Position numbers and translations under genes: made by a program. A model generated the notes under the pieces. It saw only the letters and a program-made list of their open reading frames with translations, was not told the DNA's origin and made no database searches. Shown here piece after piece: positions 27,884 through 36,015 of a DNA stretch of 64,000 nucleotides (position 1 is the stretch's first letter; the number at the start of each line of letters is the position of its first letter). Source of the DNA: Anaerolineae bacterium (GTDB taxonomy: Bacteria; Chloroflexota; Anaerolineae; Fen-1058). Where the stretch lies: positions 1,163 through 65,162 of the forward strand of contig JAXLWI010000011.1 in the NCBI GenBank assembly GCA_046328575.1. The letters run 5' to 3'.

Positions 27884-29965
27884 ATGACTTCCGCCATTGC
27901 TTTGAATCAGCGTTCGTTTCTAGTTGGCCCGGCTGGCAGCGGCAAGACGACGCTGGCTGTGCAACACCTCGATGCGTTGTTGCATGCAGATCTTCAGAAC
28001 GGCTCGATTCTGGTGCTGGCCCCGCAGCGCAGTTTGCTGCGCCCCTATCAAGCTCATCTCCATCAGGCTGAACTGCCCGGTCGTGAAGAAGTGGAACTAC
28101 TTACCGTCGGCGGCCTAGCGCGGCGTTCCGTCGATTTGATGTGGCCCGCCATCGCCGCCAACAGCGGCTTTGCGCAGCCGAACGAATCACCGACGTTTCT
28201 CACTCTGGAAACCGCACAATACTACATGGAACTCGTCGTGCGGCCGTTTACCAGTGAGCGGTTCTATTTTGAAAACGTGCGTGTGCCGCCACAGCGCTTG
28301 TACAGCCAACTACTTGATAATCTGAATAAGGCGGCGTTGGTCGGTTTTCCGCACACCGATGTTGGTCGACGTCTGATCGAGGCCTGGGATGGCCCAGCCG
28401 CGCAGACTATCACGTACGCGCAAGTACAGGACTGCCTAAATCGTTTTCGCGACTATTGCTTAGCGCATAATTTACTGGATTTCTCGCTGCAAATTGAGCT
28501 CTTTCACAGTTTGCTTCAGCGTGACTGGTTCAAGAGTTGGTTGTATCGCCGCTATCGCCATTTGATCGTCGACAATGTCGAAGAAGAGAGTCCGTTCGCG
28601 CACGAGCTCTTGCGCGATTGGCTGCCCCACGCTGACTCAGCCTTGATTGTGTACGACACTAATGCTGGTTATCGATCGTTCTTGGGCGCCGATGCTCGAT
28701 CGGGTTACGCCCTACGATCGGCCTGTGATCAGACGATCGAGCTGACCGACTCGCACGTGATGTCGATCGAGATGCGGCGTTTTGAAGTCGACGTAGTCCG
28801 TGTATTGGATCGGTATAGCGAACTGCCTATGCGAATAGACTTGACCACGAACCGCCAACCCGCGATCGAATTTGGCGGCGGACGGTTCTATCCGCAGATG
28901 CTGGATTGGGTGGCCGATCGCATCGGCGACCTCGTGCGTGACTCGGTTGCCCCGCGCGATATTGCCGTGTTGACGCCGTTCTTAGGCGATGCACTGCGTT
29001 TTGCGTTGGAAGAACGTCTGCAGGCGCGCCACATTCCGACGCGATCATTGCGACCGTCGCGTGCGCTGAATGAAGAGGTCGTAACTCGTGGCTTGATGAC
29101 GCTCGCTAATCTCGCGTACGCTGATCGGGCCGCTGTGCCTCCGCAGGCCGATGTGGCGCAGGCGCTGACGTTGTCCATCGCGGGGCTTGACCCGGCGCGT
29201 GGCCACTTACTCGCCGAGCGGCTCTATCGAGTGCGCGACGGCCAGGCCGAACTCAATCCGTTTGATGTACTCAAGCCTGAATTGCAAGATCGCATTGGCT
29301 ACGAAGTCGGCGCACGGTACGATCGGTTGCGCACGTGGCTGAGCGAGCATCGCACCGAATCCGCCGTGCCGCTCGATCACTTTCTCGCCAAGTTGTTTGG
29401 CGAAGTGTTATCGCAGCCTGGCTTTGGCTTTCACGCCCAAATCGATCCGGGGCGCATCACGGCGCAGATTATTGAGTCGGCCCGTAAGTTCCGACAGACG
29501 ATCGGCGCGGATGCAAATGTGACCTTGACTGAAACAGTGGCGCGTGATTACATCCAGATGGTTAGTGAAGGTGTGGTCGCGGCGACGTTTGTCGTCAGCC
29601 CGTACGCAGAGACGCCCGACGCGGTGCTGTTGGCTCCGGCATATACGTTCTTGCTTAGCAACGAATCGGTCGGCTATCAATTCTGGCTCAATGCGGGCAG
29701 CCCGGCATGGTGGGAACGGCTGTATCAACCGCTGACGCATCCGTACGTGCTTACGCGCGATTGGCCCGCCGGTAAGAAGTGGACCGATCAGGACGAGCAG
29801 ACTAAACGGCGAGAGGTGCTCCTCCGCCTGATGCGCGGCCTGATTCGGCGCTGCCGCACTCGCGTCTATCTGGCCATCAGCACGCTCAACGAGCAAGGCT
29901 TTGAGGAGCGCGGCCCGTTACTGACGATGATTCAACAAGTGTTGCGCGACAGCGCCAACACTTAA
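27884..29965 (+). CDS. Degenerate UvrD/AddB-like SF1 helicase-fold P-loop protein
   Basis: Walker A GPAGSGKTT. Motif-II-like LIVDNVEEE (instead of DExx/DEFQD). C-terminal RVYLAIS resembles helicase motif VI. No nuclease domain is visible. Confidence 0.55.
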   Translation: MTSAIALNQRSFLVGPAGSGKTTLAVQHLDALLHADLQNGSILVLAPQRSLLRPYQAHLHQAELPGREEVELLTVGGLARRSVDLMWPAIAANSGFAQPNESPTFLTLETAQYYMELVVRPFTSERFYFENVRVPPQRLYSQLLDNLNKAALVGFPHTDVGRRLIEAWDGPAAQTITYAQVQDCLNRFRDYCLAHNLLDFSLQIELFHSLLQRDWFKSWLYRRYRHLIVDNVEEESPFAHELLRDWLPHADSALIVYDTNAGYRSFLGADARSGYALRSACDQTIELTDSHVMSIEMRRFEVDVVRVLDRYSELPMRIDLTTNRQPAIEFGGGRFYPQMLDWVADRIGDLVRDSVAPRDIAVLTPFLGDALRFALEERLQARHIPTRSLRPSRALNEEVVTRGLMTLANLAYADRAAVPPQADVAQALTLSIAGLDPARGHLLAERLYRVRDGQAELNPFDVLKPELQDRIGYEVGARYDRLRTWLSEHRTESAVPLDHFLAKLFGEVLSQPGFGFHAQIDPGRITAQIIESARKFRQTIGADANVTLTETVARDYIQMVSEGVVAATFVVSPYAETPDAVLLAPAYTFLLSNESVGYQFWLNAGSPAWWERLYQPLTHPYVLTRDWPAGKKWTDQDEQTKRREVLLRLMRGLIRRCRTRVYLAISTLNEQGFEERGPLLTMIQQVLRDSANT

Positions 29966-29985
29966 GAATACAGGAGATACTGAGC

Positions 29986-30618
29986 ATGGCGTTGTTTCTC
30001 GATTCAGCCTCAGCCGCCGATGCCCGCCAAGCGATGGCGCTGGGCTTTGTGAACGGCATTACGACCAATCCCAATTTGATGGCCAAAGTGGCGGGCAAAC
30101 CCACAGACATCATCGCCGAACTGGCCGACATCTGCCCCGGTCCGGTCTTCTATCAACTCACCGCGCCCACCGTGACCGAGCGCGAAATCGAAGCACGCCG
30201 CGTGCTGGCACTACGTCCCAACATTGCGTTGAAGATCGCCATGACGACAGAGAATCTGGCTTTGGCGGCGAAGTTCGCTAAAGAAGGCATAAAGGTGGGG
30301 ATGACGGCCAGTTACAGCGCGGCGCAAACGTATCTGACGTGCGAAGCAAACGTGACGTATTCCATTGCCTACGTCAATCGCAGCACGCGCTTACAAGGCG
30401 ACGGATTGGCGTTGGTTTCAGAAATGCGCGCTGTGGTTGAAGCTTGCGATACCACGACGACGATCCTGGTTGCCAGCCTGAAATCCACCGCCGAGGTGGT
30501 GCAAGCCGTGATTGCGGGTGCGCATCACGTCACCATCCCCCTGCCCTTGCTGCTCGAAATGGGTAACCATCCGCTGTCCGATCAAGCCATCGAGGAATTT
30601 GCGCGCGCCGGCCGATAA
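29986..30618 (+). CDS. Transaldolase-family protein (type 3B / fructose-6-phosphate aldolase-like)
   Basis: FLDSAS...GITTNPNL N-terminal signature, a Schiff-base lysine candidate in IALKIAMT, and a length of 210 aa. Confidence 0.8.
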   Translation: MALFLDSASAADARQAMALGFVNGITTNPNLMAKVAGKPTDIIAELADICPGPVFYQLTAPTVTEREIEARRVLALRPNIALKIAMTTENLALAAKFAKEGIKVGMTASYSAAQTYLTCEANVTYSIAYVNRSTRLQGDGLALVSEMRAVVEACDTTTTILVASLKSTAEVVQAVIAGAHHVTIPLPLLLEMGNHPLSDQAIEEFARAGR

Positions 30619-30641
30619 ATCCACGCCAACGCTCCGGACCG

Positions 30642-30673
30642 TGACTGGTAAGTAAGCCCACTTACCAGTCACA
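30642..30673 (+). terminator. Hairpin downstream of the transaldolase gene
   Basis: Perfect 13-bp stem gtgactggtaagt / acttaccagtcac with a 6-nt loop and no U-tract. Confidence 0.4.
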
Positions 30674-30821
30674 GCGGTAAAGACCACAGCGGACAGTCGG
30701 CCACCGCCGCAACGAGTATGACATTTGTAAGCCCAGTCAAGGTCAATCCTCAGTCATCATCCCCCAGATTTGGTGCTACACTACACACATCTCCCGTACC
30801 TGTCGCCCGGACAATCTTTTC

Positions 30822-31946
30822 ATGTGGCGCAAGCGTCTAAGCCTGTTGTTCCTCATCGTCGCGTGGTTCGCCATCGGTTGGCTGACCCGTGGTTTGATAT
30901 CACCCCCGCTGAATTCTGAGTTGCAACTCGTCGCGCAAGCCGGCGACGTGTTGACCGCCAAAGCCTATGGCCCCTTGCCCGCGACTCGTTCGATGACGTA
31001 TGCGGCGATTCGCGGCCTGCTCGACAGTCTCGATGACAAGTACGCTGTGTTCTTTGATCCGCAGGCGGCCGAACATGACGCACTGGGCCTGCAAGGCCAG
31101 GATGCCGTCATCGGGTTACGAGGTGAACTCCGCAATGGGCAATTTGTCGTGATTGATGTCTTCCCCGATCAACCCGCCGCGCAAGCCGGGATTCAAGTGG
31201 GCGACATCATCCTCGAAGTAGACGGTTGGCCGATCACAGACACGGCATTTCAATCCGAGGTTGTGTCGATGATCCGCGGCCCGATCGGATCGGTGGCCCA
31301 CCTAACGGTTACGCGCAGCGCGCAAACGTTGAAGTTTGATGTGCCGCGCCAGCCTGCGCAAGACGTTACGACGCGCCTGATCGATGGACACATCGGCTAC
31401 ATCCGCTTGGATCGTTTTACGGATCAATCGCCGCGCCAGATGGAAGACGGCTTGAAGTCGTTACTGGCCAGTAACCCCAGCGGCTTAATTTGGGATCTGC
31501 GTTACAACGGCGGCGGCTTGATGGATGTAACACAGAAAGTATTAGATCTGTTTCTCCCAGAAGGTCTCGCGTTCTACGCAAAGACCAGCGACGGCAAGTT
31601 GATTCCGTATCCGACAGTATCTGGCAATCTTGCCGAACAGATTCCGCTCGTCGTCTTGATTGGACCTGACACCTATTCTGCGCCGGAAACCGCGGCGGCC
31701 GCGATTGCTGATCGGGGCCGCGGAAAACTCATCGGGCAGACGACGCACGGCAAAGGTTCTATCGTCGATACCGTCCGTTTGATCGATGGCTCCGCCCTGC
31801 GGTTCACCGTCGCACGCTGGCTCTCGCCCGTGCATCAAACTGACTTCGAGGGGCGCGGCGTATCACCCGATATAGTTGTGGCTGAAAACAGTCAGGGCGC
31901 GACTGAAGACAGTGTCCTTCAACGCGCAGTTGCATTGCTGAAGTAA
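30822..31946 (+). CDS. S41 family C-terminal processing peptidase with PDZ domain
   Basis: N-terminal TM helix. PDZ segment (AAQAGIQVGDIILEVDG). DLRYNGGG, the catalytic Ser context TYSAPE, and the Lys context THGKGS. Confidence 0.85.
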   Translation: MWRKRLSLLFLIVAWFAIGWLTRGLISPPLNSELQLVAQAGDVLTAKAYGPLPATRSMTYAAIRGLLDSLDDKYAVFFDPQAAEHDALGLQGQDAVIGLRGELRNGQFVVIDVFPDQPAAQAGIQVGDIILEVDGWPITDTAFQSEVVSMIRGPIGSVAHLTVTRSAQTLKFDVPRQPAQDVTTRLIDGHIGYIRLDRFTDQSPRQMEDGLKSLLASNPSGLIWDLRYNGGGLMDVTQKVLDLFLPEGLAFYAKTSDGKLIPYPTVSGNLAEQIPLVVLIGPDTYSAPETAAAAIADRGRGKLIGQTTHGKGSIVDTVRLIDGSALRFTVARWLSPVHQTDFEGRGVSPDIVVAENSQGATEDSVLQRAVALLK

Positions 31947-31978
31947 AGACACTTTATCCAGTGACGGAGGTTCCCCGC

Positions 31979-32251
31979 ATGAAGAAAACGTTGTTAGCGA
32001 CAGCAGTGATTCTGGTGCTCATCGTCCTGCTGACCGTCTTGCCGGTGAGTGCCTGGTCAGGCGGTTATGGCGCCTGGTCAGGTGGTTACGGTTCATGGGC
32101 TGGCGGTTACGGCGTATGGGCCGGTGGATTTGGCGTCTGGTCAGGTGGCTACGGTACATGGGCTGGCGGATTCGGTGCTTGGTCAGGCGGTTTTGGTGCC
32201 TGGTCGGGCGGCTACGGCTCATGGGCTGGTGGCGGGTTCTGGGGCGACTAA
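31979..32251 (+). CDS. Secreted Gly/Trp-rich heptad-repeat peptide
   Basis: ATG at 31979 preceded by GGAGG. Signal peptide MKKTLLATAVILVLIVLLTVLPVSA. Then 8 copies of W(S/A)GG(Y/F)Gx plus WAGGGFWGD. The 21-bp DNA repeats differ mainly at synonymous positions. A strong terminator follows. Confidence 0.6.
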   Translation: MKKTLLATAVILVLIVLLTVLPVSAWSGGYGAWSGGYGSWAGGYGVWAGGFGVWSGGYGTWAGGFGAWSGGFGAWSGGYGSWAGGGFWGD

Positions 32252-32297
32252 TCCCCCTTTTGTACGTGTTGCACACTCGACGCCCTGACTGGGTCGT

Positions 32298-32335
32298 GAC
32301 GGCGACAGCTGCCCACTGTCGCCGTTTTTTGTTTT
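32298..32335 (+). terminator. Intrinsic terminator
   Basis: 10-bp stem acggcgacag / ctgtcgccgt followed by ttttttgtttt. Confidence 0.75.
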
Positions 32336-32438
32336 ATTGAAATACCCCTCATCTCAATCGATGTAACTTGACGTTCTATTGACAGCACCTTATTTGACCG
32401 CACAATAGAGTTGTAACACTACACTCATGGAGGCTGAC

Positions 32439-32894
32439 ATGAACTATCAGTGCGAAATCAAGGACCAAACACTGCAACCTACCCTCTCGATTCGAACGCA
32501 TGCCGCCGTGCAGGACTTGCCGCAACTCTTCGGGCAAACCTATGGCGCGATCATGCAATATCTGGGCGAGTTAGGCGAGCAGCCGACCGGCATGCCTTTT
32601 GCCGCATACTACAACATGGATATGCAAAACCTCGATGTCGAGATCGGCTTTCCGGTGTCTAAGCCGCTGCCCGATCGAGGCAACATCCATCATGGGCAAC
32701 TGCCCGTTGGCAAAATCGCCACCACGCTGCACGTCGGCCCGTACGACACGGTCGGACCGGCGTATGAAACGCTGACAAAGTTCGCGCAGAGTCAGGGCTA
32801 CACGCCTAGCGGCGTAGCCTATGAGTTCTACTATAGCGATCCGAGCACACCACCCGAGCAAATTCAAACGCGCATCACCTTTCCGCTGAACTAA
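32439..32894 (+). CDS. GyrI-like small-molecule-binding domain protein
   Basis: ATG at 32439 after GGAGG. The pattern TLSIRTH...[16 protein letters not shown]...PFAAYYNMD...DVEIGFPV...HVGPYDT..AYE.L is typical of the GyrI-like/SOUL fold. Confidence 0.7.
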   Translation: MNYQCEIKDQTLQPTLSIRTHAAVQDLPQLFGQTYGAIMQYLGELGEQPTGMPFAAYYNMDMQNLDVEIGFPVSKPLPDRGNIHHGQLPVGKIATTLHVGPYDTVGPAYETLTKFAQSQGYTPSGVAYEFYYSDPSTPPEQIQTRITFPLN

Positions 32895-32910
32895 CCACCG
32901 GCGGCCTTCA

Positions 32911-32950
32911 ACAACCCGATCGACCCACTCGCCGATCGGGTTGTCTTTTT
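32911..32950 (+). terminator. Intrinsic terminator
   Basis: 12-bp stem acaacccgatcg / cgatcgggttgt followed by cttttt. Confidence 0.65.
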
Positions 32951-32970
32951 GTCCCGAAATTCCGTATAAT
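32941..32970 (+). promoter_or_regulatory. Sigma70-type promoter of the AKR / Hcp-like / MIase-like unit
   Basis: TTGTCT (32941-32946), 18-nt spacer, TATAAT (32965-32970), about 30 nt before the ATG at 33001. Confidence 0.5.
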
Positions 32971-33000
32971 TCAAGCAGCCTCTCATCAGGAGATCAATCG

Positions 33001-33858
33001 ATGCTTCCACTTGCCCCATTTGGCCGCACCGGTCACATCAGCACGCGCGCGATTTTCGGTGCAGCCGCGTTCTGGTCGCTCACTCAAGACGAAGCCAATG
33101 CCACGCTCGATCTAATTCTGGAGCGCGGCGTCAATCACATCGATACCGCCGCCAGTTACGGCGAGTCCGAGATGCGCCTTGGCCCGTGGTTGAAGCATCA
33201 TCGCGATCAATTCTTCCTCGCCACCAAAACCGAAGAGCGCACGAAACAGGGCGCGCGCGATTCGTTACACCGTTCGCTCGATCGGCTGCACACCGATCAC
33301 GTCGATCTCTTTCAGATTCACAACCTCAGCGATCCACAAGAATGGGAGATCGCCCTTGGTCCCGGCGGCGCGCTGGAAGCCTTCATCGAAGCGCGCGAGC
33401 AAGGCTTGACGCGCTTCATCGGCGTCACCGGTCATAGCTTGAATATTGCCGCGTTACACCTGCGCGCTCTGCACCGCTTCGACTTCGATTCGGTGTTGCT
33501 GCCGTACAGTTACATCTTGATGCAGAATCCGCAGTACGCCGCCGATGTGAACGCTCTGCTGGCCCTCTGCGCCGAGCGGAACGTTGCAGTGCAGACCATC
33601 AAAGGCATCACGCAGGGACCGTGGCACGATCGGCCGCGCACCCGCACGACGTGGTATGCGCCGCTGGAAGATCACCGGGCGCGCGAGCAGACTATCCATT
33701 GGATATTGGGTAATCCGCAAGTGTTTCTCAACACCGCGGGCGACATTCATCTGCTGCCCAGCGTCCTGGATGAAGTCGCCCGCTTTGAGACGCGCCCTAG
33801 CGACAACGTCATGCGCGAGTTAGTGACCGCGCAGGCGATGGAACCGTTGTTTGTGTAA
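33001..33858 (+). CDS. Aldo/keto reductase
   Basis: Start moved to the ATG at 33001 (GGAG upstream). [30 protein letters not shown]. Confidence 0.85.
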   Translation: MLPLAPFGRTGHISTRAIFGAAAFWSLTQDEANATLDLILERGVNHIDTAASYGESEMRLGPWLKHHRDQFFLATKTEERTKQGARDSLHRSLDRLHTDHVDLFQIHNLSDPQEWEIALGPGGALEAFIEAREQGLTRFIGVTGHSLNIAALHLRALHRFDFDSVLLPYSYILMQNPQYAADVNALLALCAERNVAVQTIKGITQGPWHDRPRTRTTWYAPLEDHRAREQTIHWILGNPQVFLNTAGDIHLLPSVLDEVARFETRPSDNVMRELVTAQAMEPLFV

Positions 33859-33882
33859 ACGCTCAGAGAGGAGACAAGCAAA

Positions 33883-34347
33883 ATGGCTTACGAATTCTAC
33901 GTCACCATCGAAGGCACTAAGCAAGGCAAGTTGAAAGGCGACAGCAAGAAGAAAGCCCACAAAGATGCCATCGTCGGGCTGGCCTTTGAATACGCCGTCA
34001 CCTCGCCGCGCGATGCCGGTTCAGGTCAGGCCACCGGCAAGCGACAGCACAGCCCAATCGTGATCACTAAACGTTGGGGCGCAGCCACACCCCAGTTGTA
34101 TCAGGCGCTGATAACGAATGAAGTGTTGAAATCAGTGCTCATTGAATTTGTGAAGGTAAACTCGGCGGGGAAGGAATACGTTTATCACACGATCAAATTG
34201 ACCAACGCCGCTGTTGTTTCGATCGAACAGTACGCCAATCCCGAAGATCGCGAACTTGAGGATGTTGCGTTTGTGTGCCAAAAGATCGAGATTGAGAACA
34301 AGGACGGCAAGACGATGGTCATCGACGATTGGTATACCAACGCATGA
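33883..34347 (+). CDS. Hcp1-family (T6SS tube protein-like) protein, orphan
   Basis: YVTIEGTKQG, SGQATGKRQHSPIVITKRWGAATPQLYQAL, TIKLTNAAVVSI and C-terminal DDW are colinear with my recollection of Hcp1-family proteins (..IEGxxQG.., ..SGQPTGQRVHKP..K..DKSSP.L..AL.., ..L.NA.I..I..). No other T6SS gene is in the window. Confidence 0.7.
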   Translation: MAYEFYVTIEGTKQGKLKGDSKKKAHKDAIVGLAFEYAVTSPRDAGSGQATGKRQHSPIVITKRWGAATPQLYQALITNEVLKSVLIEFVKVNSAGKEYVYHTIKLTNAAVVSIEQYANPEDRELEDVAFVCQKIEIENKDGKTMVIDDWYTNA

Positions 34348-34637
34348 AAATCCTGGCACTCGAACGCGATCAGTCCGGCTTAACCGATGCCGATTTTCAA
34401 CCGCACCTGAAAGCCGAAGCCGCTCGCGCGTGGGAACTCCATCAGGACGGCGTTATCCGCGAGTTGTACTTCGATCCGCGTGAACACACCGCTGTATTGA
34501 TGCTGGAATGCGCCAGCCTCGAAGACGCACAGGCCGCGCTCGCCACTTTACCGCTGGTCGAGCACGGCCTGATCGAGTTTGAGTTGATTCCTCTAGTTCC
34601 CTATGACGGTTTCGCGCGATTGTTTGCGCCACTGTAG
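34344..34637 (+). CDS. Muconolactone isomerase-like (dimeric alpha+beta barrel) small protein
   Basis: The ATG at 34344 overlaps the Hcp stop (ATGA). The pattern ...EAARAWELHQDGVIRELYF......MLECASLEDAQAALATLPLV....FELIPL resembles the MIase family. Confidence 0.5.
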   Translation: MKILALERDQSGLTDADFQPHLKAEAARAWELHQDGVIRELYFDPREHTAVLMLECASLEDAQAALATLPLVEHGLIEFELIPLVPYDGFARLFAPL

Positions 34638-34749
34638 CGGCAAACACGACCTCTGGTGTTACCCCGAGCAACGCGAGGAGTCTCTATGACTTTTGTGGAG
34701 ACTTCTTGTTGCGCTCGATATGACACTGCCGCTCTTCACACTTCACTCA

Positions 34750-35880
34750 TCAATCCCCAAAACTAATTCCTAATTCTCTCGCCGTCAAAATCGTATCGCA
34801 ATCGGGCGGGACGGTCTTCATGCGTCGCGTCGCCAATTCCAGCGGCACGTAGCGCACCGTCGGCGGATCGAGCGCCACCATCACGCCCGACTGCCCCTCG
34901 GCCAGGGCGCGCACTGCCGCGGCACCGAAGCGCAGCGACAACAATCGATCAAACGATGTGGGCGATCCACCGCGCAGCAAGTGGCCGAGCACTACATAGC
35001 GCGTTTCTTTGCCCGTCAAAGCCTGAATCTCGGCGGCAACTTTTTCGCCGACGCCGCCGAGCCGTTCGGCCCGACCGACCTCGGTGGCGATAATCGACGT
35101 TTCGCCGCCGAGCGGCTTCGCGCCTTCGGCTACGACCACGATCGAGAACGGCCGACCCGCCCGATCGCGTTCTTCGATCTTCGCGGCCACCTTGTGCATA
35201 TCGTAAGGAATTTCAGGAATCAGAATCACATCCGCCGATCCGGCTACACCCGAATTCAACGCGATCCAGCCCGCGTAACGGCCCATCACTTCGACGACCA
35301 TCACGCGCCGATGCGATTCGGTGGTCGTGTGCAGCCGATCGAGACATTCGTTCGCAAACGAGACGGCGGTATCAAACCCGAACGTAATCACCGTGCGATC
35401 GAGATCGTTGTCGATGGTCTTCGGCACGCCGATCACACGCACGCCCTTTTGCGCCAGCACGTTCGCAATGTGCAGCGAGCCGTCGCCGCCCACCGCGATC
35501 AGCGCGTCGATCTTGTGCCGCTTCAACTTGCGGATCAGTTCATCGGAGCGATCGATCTCTTTGACGTTGCCGCGTTTATCCGTCACCGGGAACTTTAATG
35601 GATTGCCGCGATTCGTCGTACCGAGGATCGTGCCGCCTTGATGTGTAATGCCGCGCACGCGATCACGTGTCAGGTGAATCAACTCGCCGTCGGGATAATT
35701 CTCTGGATTCAGCAGACTGTGATAGCCGTCGCGGATTCCCACGACCTCCCAGCCGCGATTGAGCGCGGCCAACGTCGCGGCGCGAATTACCGCGTTGAGG
35801 CCGGGCGCATCGCCGCCGCCGGTATTGATGGCAATCCGTCGAATGTCGCTGTTTGCCTTTCGGGTTCGCTTTGCTGACAT
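34750..35880 (-). CDS. pfkA: 6-phosphofructokinase
   Basis: Start moved to the ATG at 35880 (GGAGGAG upstream). INTGGGDAPGLN, GGDGS, PKTIDNDL, MGRYAGW. ATP versus PPi dependence is not decidable by eye. Confidence 0.88.
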   Translation of the reverse strand: MSAKRTRKANSDIRRIAINTGGGDAPGLNAVIRAATLAALNRGWEVVGIRDGYHSLLNPENYPDGELIHLTRDRVRGITHQGGTILGTTNRGNPLKFPVTDKRGNVKEIDRSDELIRKLKRHKIDALIAVGGDGSLHIANVLAQKGVRVIGVPKTIDNDLDRTVITFGFDTAVSFANECLDRLHTTTESHRRVMVVEVMGRYAGWIALNSGVAGSADVILIPEIPYDMHKVAAKIEERDRAGRPFSIVVVAEGAKPLGGETSIIATEVGRAERLGGVGEKVAAEIQALTGKETRYVVLGHLLRGGSPTSFDRLLSLRFGAAAVRALAEGQSGVMVALDPPTVRYVPLELATRRMKTVPPDCDTILTARELGISFGD

Positions 35881-36015
35881 TTGACACACTCCTCCGCGAA
35901 TCCACACGAATCTGCGCGAATAAACTCTGCCTGCGCCCATTGTATCATCGTCTCATCTGCGTGTATAATCTTTGAACCGAGACGAAAATCCAAAGTCAGA
36001 AATCTAAAATCAGAA

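Noticed and set aside
32019-32340. ORFs in other frames and on the other strand across the Gly/Trp repeat (32019-32276 minus, 32049-32288 plus, 32095-32340 plus)
   Set aside because: Repeat-induced open frames. Only the 31979 frame has an RBS, a signal peptide, synonymous-site variation between repeats and a terminator directly after its stop.
33883-34347. Presence of a type VI secretion locus
   Set aside because: Only the Hcp-like gene is present. No TssA-M, VgrG, PAAR or ClpV-like ORFs occur anywhere in the 64 kb. It is therefore reported as an orphan Hcp rather than a T6SS.
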